A DNA stretch of 32,000 nt from Edaphobacter aggregans (GTDB lineage Bacteria > Acidobacteriota > Terriglobia > Terriglobales > Acidobacteriaceae): NCBI RefSeq assembly GCF_003945235.1, contig NZ_RSDW01000001.1:780001-812000 (forward strand), in the 5' to 3' direction. Shown here piece by piece: positions 8,218 to 15,357 of the stretch. Position 1 is the first letter of the stretch. The number at the start of each line of letters is the position of its first letter. The notes beneath the pieces were generated by a model that did not search any database, was not told the origin of the DNA, and worked only from the letters and a program-made list of their open reading frames with translations. Position numbers and translations under genes: made by a program.

Positions 8218-8658
8218 ATGACGATGGGCTTCGAAGAGATTACAACTCATCTAAAGCAGCGGTTTCCTATGCTCATGGTCGACAGAATTTTGGAGATCGA
8301 GCTGGGCAAGAGCATCAAAGCACTCAAGAATGTCACAAGCAACGAGATCCAGTTCCCCGGCCATTTTCCCGGCTACCCCATCATGCCGGGGGTCTTGATT
8401 GTCGAAGCAATTGGACAATGTGCTTCGATTCTCTTCAGTCGAACCACCGGCCAGGGTCAGCATCAGGGCGAAGTTCTGGTCCTCGGCTCAATAAGCGAGA
8501 TGCGATTCTTCGTCCCCGTGCTGCCGGGACACACCATGATCCTGGATGTCACTATTTTAAAAATGATGCCTGGGGTCGCGCTTGTGGAGGGGATCGCAAC
8601 AGTGGACGGTACTATGGTCGCCAAAGGTAAGCTTAGCTTCGGCAGGAAAGTGTTCTGA
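8218..8658 (+). CDS. FabZ-like 3-hydroxyacyl-[ACP] dehydratase
   Basis: LKQRFPMLMVDRILE...FPGHFPGYPIMPGVLIVEAIGQ is the hot-dog-fold FabZ/FabA signature with the catalytic His. GAGG lies 8 nt upstream of the ATG. Confidence 0.9.
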   Translation: MTMGFEEITTHLKQRFPMLMVDRILEIELGKSIKALKNVTSNEIQFPGHFPGYPIMPGVLIVEAIGQCASILFSRTTGQGQHQGEVLVLGSISEMRFFVPVLPGHTMILDVTILKMMPGVALVEGIATVDGTMVAKGKLSFGRKVF

Positions 8659-8761
8659 TTATCTTCTCGGTGGGCCCGCAACCGAGAGAAGCAACTCGAC
8701 ACTAACTCTCACGCAACTGTCTCAACCTCGTTTGACACATTCGGAAAGGGCTCTCGCAAGA

Positions 8762-11700
8762 ATGATGATCATTGACGAGTACGGCCTATCGCCCATGCAG
8801 CAGGGCATGCTGTTTCATCATTTGGCAGCAGAGCACAGCGGGGTCGACATTCAACAACTCGTAATTAGTTTCAAAGAAGCTCCGGATGTTGCGATCCTGG
8901 AGCGGGCATGGCAGGCAGTAGTGGACAAGCACCCGGCCCTGCGTACCTCCTTTCGGTGGGAGGGATTGCTGGAGCCCATGCAGCAGGTGCACGACGAGGT
9001 GCCCATACGGATTGAACAGCATCAGGACTGGGATGAAGCAACTTTTTCGGCGTTCCTGGCTGCCGACCGACGGCGAGGCTTCGATCTCAAACAACCACCG
9101 CTCATTCGGCTCACGCTATTCGGATCGGGTGCAGGCCCCATGCGTCTTGTTTGGACCTTGCATCACATCCTGATGGATGGCCGCGCTTGCACCGTAGTTC
9201 TCAATGAAGTCGAGCAGTTCTATGACGACCTTCTACGGGGTGTTCCAATCAAGAACACTCTCGGGCTGCCATACAAGCCTTACACGAAGTGGGTTGAGCA
9301 ACTCGATCTGTCTGACGCCAATGATTTCTGGCGCGAGAAGCTCCGAGGATTTATCGCACCAACGCCGCTTCCCTGTGAACCTGACGGGCTGCCGAAAGAC
9401 ACTTCAATTCACGGTGAAATCGAGATCAAGCTAGCTGAGGATGTCACGTCGCGGCTGCGAGATATAGCCAGGCAATTCAAGATAACCCTGAACACCATCG
9501 CCATGGGAAGTTGGGCTATTCTGCTCGGCCGCTTCAGCGGTGAATCGGAGGTTGTATTTGCTACTGTCAAGACGGCCCGCGGAAACTCCGTTCCAGATGC
9601 TGACTCAATCGTTGGCTTGTTTCTGAACACCATACCCGTGCGTGTTGCTGTGAATCCCGCAACGCAGGTCGGCGAGATGCTGAAGCGCCTGTACGCCGAA
9701 TGGATATGGATGAGCCTCCGGCAGTACGACTTCACGCCTCTCGTCCAGATCAAGCGGGTGAGTGATTTCCCGAAGTCCGAGCCTATCTTTAACAGCCTCG
9801 TCGTATTCGAGAATCAACAGCTCGGCACAGCACTCGCGAATTCCCAACCGCGTTGGCGGGGACGTGAGTTTAGTTTTCATGAACAAACCGGACTCCCATT
9901 GGCTTTGTCGGCATTTGGAGACGTGGAGATGGTGCTGAAGCTGGAATATGACGTTCACCGTTTTAGCCGAGCAACTGCGGAGCGCATCTTAGTCCATCTC
10001 GTCCAGATCTTCACGAGCGTCGCTGATGATCCTGATGAAACCATAGGCAATCTGAAGGTTATCCCAGACGTTGAACGGCATCGGCTGTTGGTGGAATGGA
10101 ATGCGACGGAGCAGGTATATCCGAAGGAGACACCGCTGGCGGTATTGGTGGAAGCGCAGGTAGAGCGGACGCCGGACGCAATCGCAGTGGCTTATGGCAA
10201 GCAAGAACTTACCTGCCGAGAGCTGAATGAGCGGGCGAATCAACTGGCAGAAGAGTTGCGCAAATTTGGAGCGGGCCCGGATCAACTGGTGGGCCTTCTC
10301 GTCGAGCGCTCGATTGACATGGTGGTTGCACTGCTGGCGATTATGAAGGCAGGAGCGGCATACCTCCCGCTGGATCCTCTGTTCCCGCCCGAACGGCTTG
10401 GCTACATGTTGGAAGACAGTGGCGTTCGGATGCTCGTGACCCAGCAGAGCCTGCGCAAGGAACTGCCAGCGTTTGCTGGAGAGACGATCATGTTGGAAGA
10501 CACCCGCTGGCAGGGAAACTCCAGAGATAACCTGGCGGTAGCAGTGAGGCCCGAGCATCTGGCCTACGTGATCTACACTTCGGGTTCGACTGGCAAGCCT
10601 AAGGGGGTGCAGATCCCCCGAGGGGCGCTGACAAATTTGTTGTGGTCGATGCGCGAGTGGTTGCAGTTGAGCGAGCGGGATAGACTGCTGGCGCTGACGA
10701 CCATCTCGTTTGATATGGCGGGTCCTGATCTGTGGTTGCCACTGCTTGTGGGGGCACAGATGGTGGTGGCCAGCCGCGAGGAGGCCGCTGACGGCATCGC
10801 GTTACGAGGATTGCTAGAGAGCCATGGCATCACCTTCCTGCAGGCCACTCCTGTAACCTGGCAGCTTCTGTTCGATGCAGGCTGGCGCGGCAAGCCGGAT
10901 CTTCAGGCGGTGTGCGGAGGCGAAGCGATGCCGCAGGAAGTGGCGGCGCAACTTGCACCTGCAGTGAAGAAGTTGTGGAATCTGTACGGGCCAACGGAGA
11001 CGACGATCTGGTCCACCAGGTATCTGGTTGAAGACGGGCTGGCGCCGATCCTGATCGGTCGCCCCTTGGCCAACACCCGATGCTACATCCTGAACGGACA
11101 AGGCCAGCCGGTTCCGCTTGGAGCTACAGGAGAGCTGTACATTGGCGGAGACGGGCTGGCGCGTGGATATTTGAATCGCCCGGAGCTGACCGCAGAGAAA
11201 TTTGTGCCTGACCCATTTCGCAGAGGCGGGACACGCATGTATCGCACAGGCGACCTTGCGCGTTATCGGGCGGACGGCAACATGGAGTGTCTGGGACGAG
11301 TCGATCACCAGATTAAACTCCGTGGCTACCGCATCGAACTGGGGGAGATCGAAGCAGCCCTGAAGGAGCAGCCTGAGATTAAGCGGGCTGTAGTCATCGC
11401 GCGTGAGGATAAGCCGGGGGACAAACTGTTGGTCGCCTACCTGGTGGCCACCAATAGCACCATTCCTGCGACGTCTGAGTTACGGATGCGGCTGAAGCGG
11501 CAGCTACCGGATTACATGGTGCCGAAGGCCTATGTTTTTCTTGATCAGCTTCCGATCTCACCTAACGGGAAGATCGACCGCAGGGCCCTCCCAGCACCTG
11601 CTGAGATCCGCGTGGCCCCAGTGGATACCTATGTTGCTCCACGAAACCAGCTTGAAGAGACGCTCACTGGAATATGGGCCGAGACCTTAGGAGTACAGCG

Positions 11701-12847
11701 AGTCGGAATCCGAGATGACTTCTTCGAGATGGGCGGGGACTCGCTCGACGCGGTTCGACTTCTTCTTAGAATTCTCGCTGCGTTTCCTGCATGCCAACCC
11801 TCACTCGCCGTACTACTGAAGGCTCCAACTGTAGAGCAGTTCGCACGCACTCTCAACAGCGGGCAAGCCGATTGGTCGTGTCTGGTGGCGGTGCGGGAAG
11901 GTAACGAGCGGCCTCCATTCTTTTGTGTCCATGGTGCTGGAGGGAATGTGCTCAGCATGCGGGATCTGGCGATGGCTCTTCCACCCAGCCTGCCGTTCTA
12001 TTGCTTGCAGGCGCGAGGACTTGACGGCCACGCCGCTCCGTTTTCCAGCGTCGAAGAAACAGCGGAGTTCTATATCGACCAGATCCGGAACGTGCAATCC
12101 CACGGTCCTTACTACTTAGGTGGTGGATGCTACGGAGGTCTGGTCGCCTTTGAGATGGCCCGCCGTCTTCGATCCATGGGTGAGACTGTTAGCGTGGTGG
12201 CGCTGATGGATACCTGGAATTTCGCATACGGACGTTTCATCTCGAAACCGAAGCTGTTTTACTTCAACTCGCGTTTTTTCCTGCGGAGAACCCTCCACCA
12301 TATGAGGACGCTCAGCGAGGTAAAGCCGCGAGATTGGGCAGGTTACTTTTTAGGTCGCGCCAAAACCTTTCTACAGCTGGCGAAATCTGTGGCCCGAATA
12401 GCCGAAGGCGGAGACGAGACTCAGTTTCCGGTTAGCCTCGTGGACACTAAGCTTCAGGGACTAGAGAGCCATGGAGAATTGCGGCAGATTCTGGAGCGGG
12501 TTCGGAACGCAAGCCACGTGGCAGCACTAAATTTCATTCCAAAACCCTACGACGGTCATCTCCTCGTGTTCAGCGCAAGAACGCGAGTTGATGACCCATA
12601 TCGCGATGAGGCGCTTGGTTGGAGCCCTGTGGCACTGTGCGGCGTGACGTCCCATGTAATCGATGGGGACCATCTATCGATCTTCCGCAGCCCCGCGGTA
12701 GGCGCGATTGCCGAGAAGTTGGACAGGGCTCTTCAAGATGCGCAGCAGACTAGCCAGGAGAGTATTCAAAGCCGGGAAGCATTTCTTGTACAAGAACGAT
12801 CAGAGGCTGAACTGGGAGAGATCAAATCCGCTGGGACGCAGATGTAA
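8762..12847 (+). CDS. single-module non-ribosomal peptide synthetase, domain order C-A-T-TE
   Basis: This is the internal Met of ORF 8582..12847; the upstream part overlaps the FabZ-like gene in another frame. C motifs are LSPMQQGMLFHHL and HHILMDG. A motifs are LAYVIYTSGSTGKPKG, NLYGPTETT, GELYIGGDGLARGYLNRPELT, YRTGDLARY, GRVDHQIKLRGYRIELGEIE and PNGKIDRRAL. The T motif is FFEMGGDSLDAV. TE motifs are FFCVHGAGG, GGGCYGG and DGDH. Confidence 0.95.
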   Translation: MMIIDEYGLSPMQQGMLFHHLAAEHSGVDIQQLVISFKEAPDVAILERAWQAVVDKHPALRTSFRWEGLLEPMQQVHDEVPIRIEQHQDWDEATFSAFLAADRRRGFDLKQPPLIRLTLFGSGAGPMRLVWTLHHILMDGRACTVVLNEVEQFYDDLLRGVPIKNTLGLPYKPYTKWVEQLDLSDANDFWREKLRGFIAPTPLPCEPDGLPKDTSIHGEIEIKLAEDVTSRLRDIARQFKITLNTIAMGSWAILLGRFSGESEVVFATVKTARGNSVPDADSIVGLFLNTIPVRVAVNPATQVGEMLKRLYAEWIWMSLRQYDFTPLVQIKRVSDFPKSEPIFNSLVVFENQQLGTALANSQPRWRGREFSFHEQTGLPLALSAFGDVEMVLKLEYDVHRFSRATAERILVHLVQIFTSVADDPDETIGNLKVIPDVERHRLLVEWNATEQVYPKETPLAVLVEAQVERTPDAIAVAYGKQELTCRELNERANQLAEELRKFGAGPDQLVGLLVERSIDMVVALLAIMKAGAAYLPLDPLFPPERLGYMLEDSGVRMLVTQQSLRKELPAFAGETIMLEDTRWQGNSRDNLAVAVRPEHLAYVIYTSGSTGKPKGVQIPRGALTNLLWSMREWLQLSERDRLLALTTISFDMAGPDLWLPLLVGAQMVVASREEAADGIALRGLLESHGITFLQATPVTWQLLFDAGWRGKPDLQAVCGGEAMPQEVAAQLAPAVKKLWNLYGPTETTIWSTRYLVEDGLAPILIGRPLANTRCYILNGQGQPVPLGATGELYIGGDGLARGYLNRPELTAEKFVPDPFRRGGTRMYRTGDLARYRADGNMECLGRVDHQIKLRGYRIELGEIEAALKEQPEIKRAVVIAREDKPGDKLLVAYLVATNSTIPATSELRMRLKRQLPDYMVPKAYVFLDQLPISPNGKIDRRALPAPAEIRVAPVDTYVAPRNQLEETLTGIWAETLGVQRVGIRDDFFEMGGDSLDAVRLLLRILAAFPACQPSLAVLLKAPTVEQFARTLNSGQADWSCLVAVREGNERPPFFCVHGAGGNVLSMRDLAMALPPSLPFYCLQARGLDGHAAPFSSVEETAEFYIDQIRNVQSHGPYYLGGGCYGGLVAFEMARRLRSMGETVSVVALMDTWNFAYGRFISKPKLFYFNSRFFLRRTLHHMRTLSEVKPRDWAGYFLGRAKTFLQLAKSVARIAEGGDETQFPVSLVDTKLQGLESHGELRQILERVRNASHVAALNFIPKPYDGHLLVFSARTRVDDPYRDEALGWSPVALCGVTSHVIDGDHLSIFRSPAVGAIAEKLDRALQDAQQTSQESIQSREAFLVQERSEAELGEIKSAGTQM
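8771..10066 (+). other. NRPS condensation (C) domain, N-terminal position
   Basis: The C1-like motif LSPMQQGMLFHHL lies at the extreme N-terminus. The HHxxxDG catalytic motif is at 9161-9181. Boundaries are approximate. Confidence 0.8.
10124..11596 (+). other. NRPS adenylation (A) domain, glycine-like specificity code
   Basis: A1-A10 core motifs are present. Hand alignment to GrsA-PheA gives the 10-residue code D-M-P-Q-V-G-L-I-W-K. Boundaries are approximate. Confidence 0.8.
11639..11845 (+). other. NRPS thiolation (T/PCP) domain
   Basis: GGDSL motif, with the Ser codon at 11741-11743. Confidence 0.85.
11903..12736 (+). other. NRPS thioesterase (TE) domain with Cys nucleophile
   Basis: An alpha/beta-hydrolase layout. 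The oxyanion region is FCVHGAGGN. The nucleophile elbow reads G-G-C-Y-G (Cys codon 12128-12130) where GxSxG is expected. Asp is in VALMDTW (12209-12211) and His in DGDHLSIF (12671-12673). Confidence 0.8.
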
Positions 12848-12877
12848 AAAGTATCTGGGCCACTCACCCTGCGAGAA

Positions 12878-12908
12878 TCGGAGGTCCGAATCCTTGCGGG
12901 CGCGACCC
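12878..12908 (+). repeat. degenerate direct copy of the tRNA-Arg(TCG) 3' end (att-like remnant)
   Basis: TCGGAGGTCCGAATCCTTGCGGGCGC (12878-12903) versus the tRNA segment TCGGAGGTTCGAATCCTTCCGGGCGC (2184-2209), giving 24/26 identity. It is then followed by GACCC where the tRNA has ACCA. It lies in the 71-nt gap between two convergent stop codons. No tRNA 5' half lies upstream. Confidence 0.6.
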
Positions 12909-12918
12909 TCTTGCAAGC

Positions 12919-15357
12919 TCAGGGCTGGGCCACCTCCATCAAGACATCGAGCTCTTTTGCAACACCCGAATCCGGATCGGAGAAGGGGAAGACGCCTGCC
13001 AGCCAGGAGACCGGATTGAAGGTGGTGGCCATGGTGAGATTGAAGGACGTCGACCATCTGTTGTTTACGTAATCTCCGAATCGATAGGTTGCACCCGCGG
13101 GCAGTGCGACCGACACGGATGGATTTTCACTGGTCAGAGTGATCCAGACCGGACTCGTCGTGAGCGTGATGTTAGAGCCGGACAGAGGGTTTACTGAAGT
13201 TTGTGCGGGGCCGGGCGCATTGGTCGAAACCTCCATCAGGACATCGAGTTCTTTTGCAACGCCTGGATCTGGATCGGAGAAGGGGAAGACGCCTGCCGGC
13301 CAGAGGACCTGGTTGAAGGTCGTGGCCGTAGTAAGAGTGATGGGCGTCGACCATCGGTTGTTCGCGTAGTCGCCGAATCGATAGGTAGTGCCTGCGGGTA
13401 ACGAGACCGATACGTACGGGTTCTCATTGGCCAGAGTGATCCAGACTGGACTCGTCGTGAGCGCGATGTTCGAGCCGGACAGAGGATTTCCTGAAGAGGG
13501 TGGAGGTGTCGCCGGCGGCTCGGGTGGCGGAGGAGATGGCGGGGGCGGAGATGGTGGAGGTGGCGATGGAGGAAGTGGCGGCGGAGGAAGCATCCCTGTC
13601 TGCAACTCCACCGCGCCGATTGCGGGCGGGTTTGGCCGTGGGTTTCCATTGAAGTCGGTGGTGATGCCAGTGATAGCGACTCCGGTGCCGATGGCAGGAC
13701 TCGTTGATGACAAGTTGAAGTTAAAGTTATCGAGTTGCGACTCACTCACCAGGGTCAATGGGGGTTCATTGACAAACAATGGATCAGAGCAAATATCTCC
13801 AGGCGAAGAACAACTGCCATTTCGCATATTGAAATAGAGGTTGTGATCTTCGGTCACGCCATCGGAGCTATCGCTGAAGTAGTACAGACCTGGAACATTG
13901 GCATTCGTCGGGTCGTATGTTGGTTGCAGAAAGCCGACCATGATGTTGTCGCGGAAGATATACGGGGTGGAACTGCAGGTGTTTGTCGTGTCGCAGGCCA
14001 GATCGAACATCGTGGCGGAGTAGCCCACAGTTGTATTGAATGCAAACAAGACTGAGCTGTTGGCAGCACTGTAGAACGAAAATATATCTCCGGCCGCACG
14101 GCAAAATGAGCTAAGGTATGCTCCCTGCGTTCCCGTTGCGGCGTTGTAGCTAATTGGGGCTCCGGGAAGATGCTGCGACATTCGCTGACAATTTCCGATG
14201 GTCAGATTATTGGCGAAAGTCGTGGTGGAGTTTGGGCTGGTCCCCCACTTCCACTGCTGCCCCATGTTCCCGTAAGACTGGGAGTTGGTGATGGCGAGAT
14301 TTGTAATTTGCGTGTGCGGGCCGATGAATCCGTCTTTGGTGTTGTATGCCTGAATGCAATGGTCACAGGTAAACGAAGCAAGAGGCGTATCCTGTCCGCT
14401 CCATGAGTCTCCGAAACCGCCGCTGTTGCTGTCGTAACAGGAGACGGCGGGGAAGGCATGCACGATTGGATATTCCTGATTGCAGCCATTTCCGATCATG
14501 GAGACATAGCTGGCGTTGATAGAGGAACCGGGAGCATCGGGAGTGTCATAACCGTCGTCGAAGTTCCATCCGGCAAAGCCGTTGAAGCTTATGTTTACGC
14601 GGCTCAGGGTTATTGCGCCGCCGATGGGGCCCTGAATGCCGGTCAGGGGAAAGCCGTGAATCCAGAGGTCGGTGAGGGTTACATTTTGTGTGGTCGTGGT
14701 CATCACAATGCCGTAGGACGCGTAGTCGTCGATGCCGGGATAGTTGGTGTTGCACGGACTCGGGTAGGCTGGTTGGCCGGCTTGAATGCACTGCGAGTGA
14801 CGGGTTAACTCGAGACATGCGACATCGACATATTGCGCACCGCTTAGATTGAGTGTAGTTATATCGCCGAAGCCTCCAAAGAGTTGCGTCATGTTGGATT
14901 GGCCGCATGATGCGTAATTCTCGCCCAGGATACGAGTGTGCTGGCTTGCTGTTCCGGCGGGGATGGTCGGGTTGTAGCAGCCGTAAGGAACAGAGGCGGA
15001 ACCAATGCACCAGCTTTTCCCGTTGGCGTTTGGGGCGTTTGTGGCGTTGTCGACGCCGACGCGATAGGGGCCCCCGCGAACGATCACCGTGTCGCCACCT
15101 GCGATTACCCAGGCCCAGTTCTGCGAGGTTTGATCGTCGTAGAGAAATCGAAAGTCGTTGAAGGCGCAATGCTGATTTGCACCTGAGCCGGGATAAGAAG
15201 CGTCGCTCATGCCGTCACACTGCCCTGCCGGAACATTGGCATCGAAGCGGGTTCCACCATCAGGACGGATGTACCAGGTCGTCTGAGCACATGCCGTTGA
15301 TGATTGAACATACAGAATCAGCAACAGCGATATGACCCATCGGAGGATAGTGCGCAT
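12919..15357 (-). CDS. large secreted protein: signal peptide, beta-helix-like region, poly-Pro linker and two tandem C-terminal domains
   Basis: The signal peptide is MRTILRWVISLLLILYVQSSTACAQ. The N-terminal region of about 560 aa is G/N/T/S/D-rich, consistent with a right-handed parallel beta-helix (pectate-lyase-like) fold. The linker is PPPPLPPSPPPPSPPPPSPPPPEPPATPPP. Two homologous 92-98 aa C-terminal modules follow. Confidence 0.85.
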   Translation of the reverse strand: MRTILRWVISLLLILYVQSSTACAQTTWYIRPDGGTRFDANVPAGQCDGMSDASYPGSGANQHCAFNDFRFLYDDQTSQNWAWVIAGGDTVIVRGGPYRVGVDNATNAPNANGKSWCIGSASVPYGCYNPTIPAGTASQHTRILGENYASCGQSNMTQLFGGFGDITTLNLSGAQYVDVACLELTRHSQCIQAGQPAYPSPCNTNYPGIDDYASYGIVMTTTTQNVTLTDLWIHGFPLTGIQGPIGGAITLSRVNISFNGFAGWNFDDGYDTPDAPGSSINASYVSMIGNGCNQEYPIVHAFPAVSCYDSNSGGFGDSWSGQDTPLASFTCDHCIQAYNTKDGFIGPHTQITNLAITNSQSYGNMGQQWKWGTSPNSTTTFANNLTIGNCQRMSQHLPGAPISYNAATGTQGAYLSSFCRAAGDIFSFYSAANSSVLFAFNTTVGYSATMFDLACDTTNTCSSTPYIFRDNIMVGFLQPTYDPTNANVPGLYYFSDSSDGVTEDHNLYFNMRNGSCSSPGDICSDPLFVNEPPLTLVSESQLDNFNFNLSSTSPAIGTGVAITGITTDFNGNPRPNPPAIGAVELQTGMLPPPPLPPSPPPPSPPPPSPPPPEPPATPPPSSGNPLSGSNIALTTSPVWITLANENPYVSVSLPAGTTYRFGDYANNRWSTPITLTTATTFNQVLWPAGVFPFSDPDPGVAKELDVLMEVSTNAPGPAQTSVNPLSGSNITLTTSPVWITLTSENPSVSVALPAGATYRFGDYVNNRWSTSFNLTMATTFNPVSWLAGVFPFSDPDSGVAKELDVLMEVAQP
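12922..13491 (-). repeat. intragenic tandem duplication (two units of about 280-295 nt)
   Basis: Unit 2 (12922-13197) and unit 1 (13198-13491) encode NPLSGSNI(A/T)LTTSPVWITL...YRFGDY(A/V)NNRWST...AGVFPFSDPD(P/S)GVAKELDVLMEV. The DNA is visibly alignable over its full length. Confidence 0.85.

Larger units (their letters stand above)
2214..12877 (+). mobile_element. putative integrase-less tRNA-Arg-anchored genomic island carrying the biosynthetic operon
   Basis: Bounded on the left by intact tRNA-Arg(TCG). Bounded on the right by a same-orientation 24/26-nt copy of the tRNA 3' end (12878-12903). The contents are exclusively the 8 co-directional biosynthetic genes. No integrase or transposase was found. 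Confidence 0.45.

Noticed and set aside
12878-12908. Alternative reading of the tRNA-like fragment as a decayed complete tRNA gene or as the operon terminator
   Set aside because: No acceptor 5' strand, D-arm or anticodon-arm similarity is visible in the 50 nt upstream, which is the NRPS 3' end. The segment forms only weak hairpins and has no T-tract. An att-type partial duplication fits better, though this remains unproven.
13388-13837. + strand ORF encoding GGGGDGGGGDGGGGD, plus other ORFs inside 12919-15357 (for example 14546..15169 -, 14458..14808 +)
   Set aside because: The first is the antisense image of the poly-proline linker. The others are alternative frames of the 812-aa secreted protein gene, and none has independent support.
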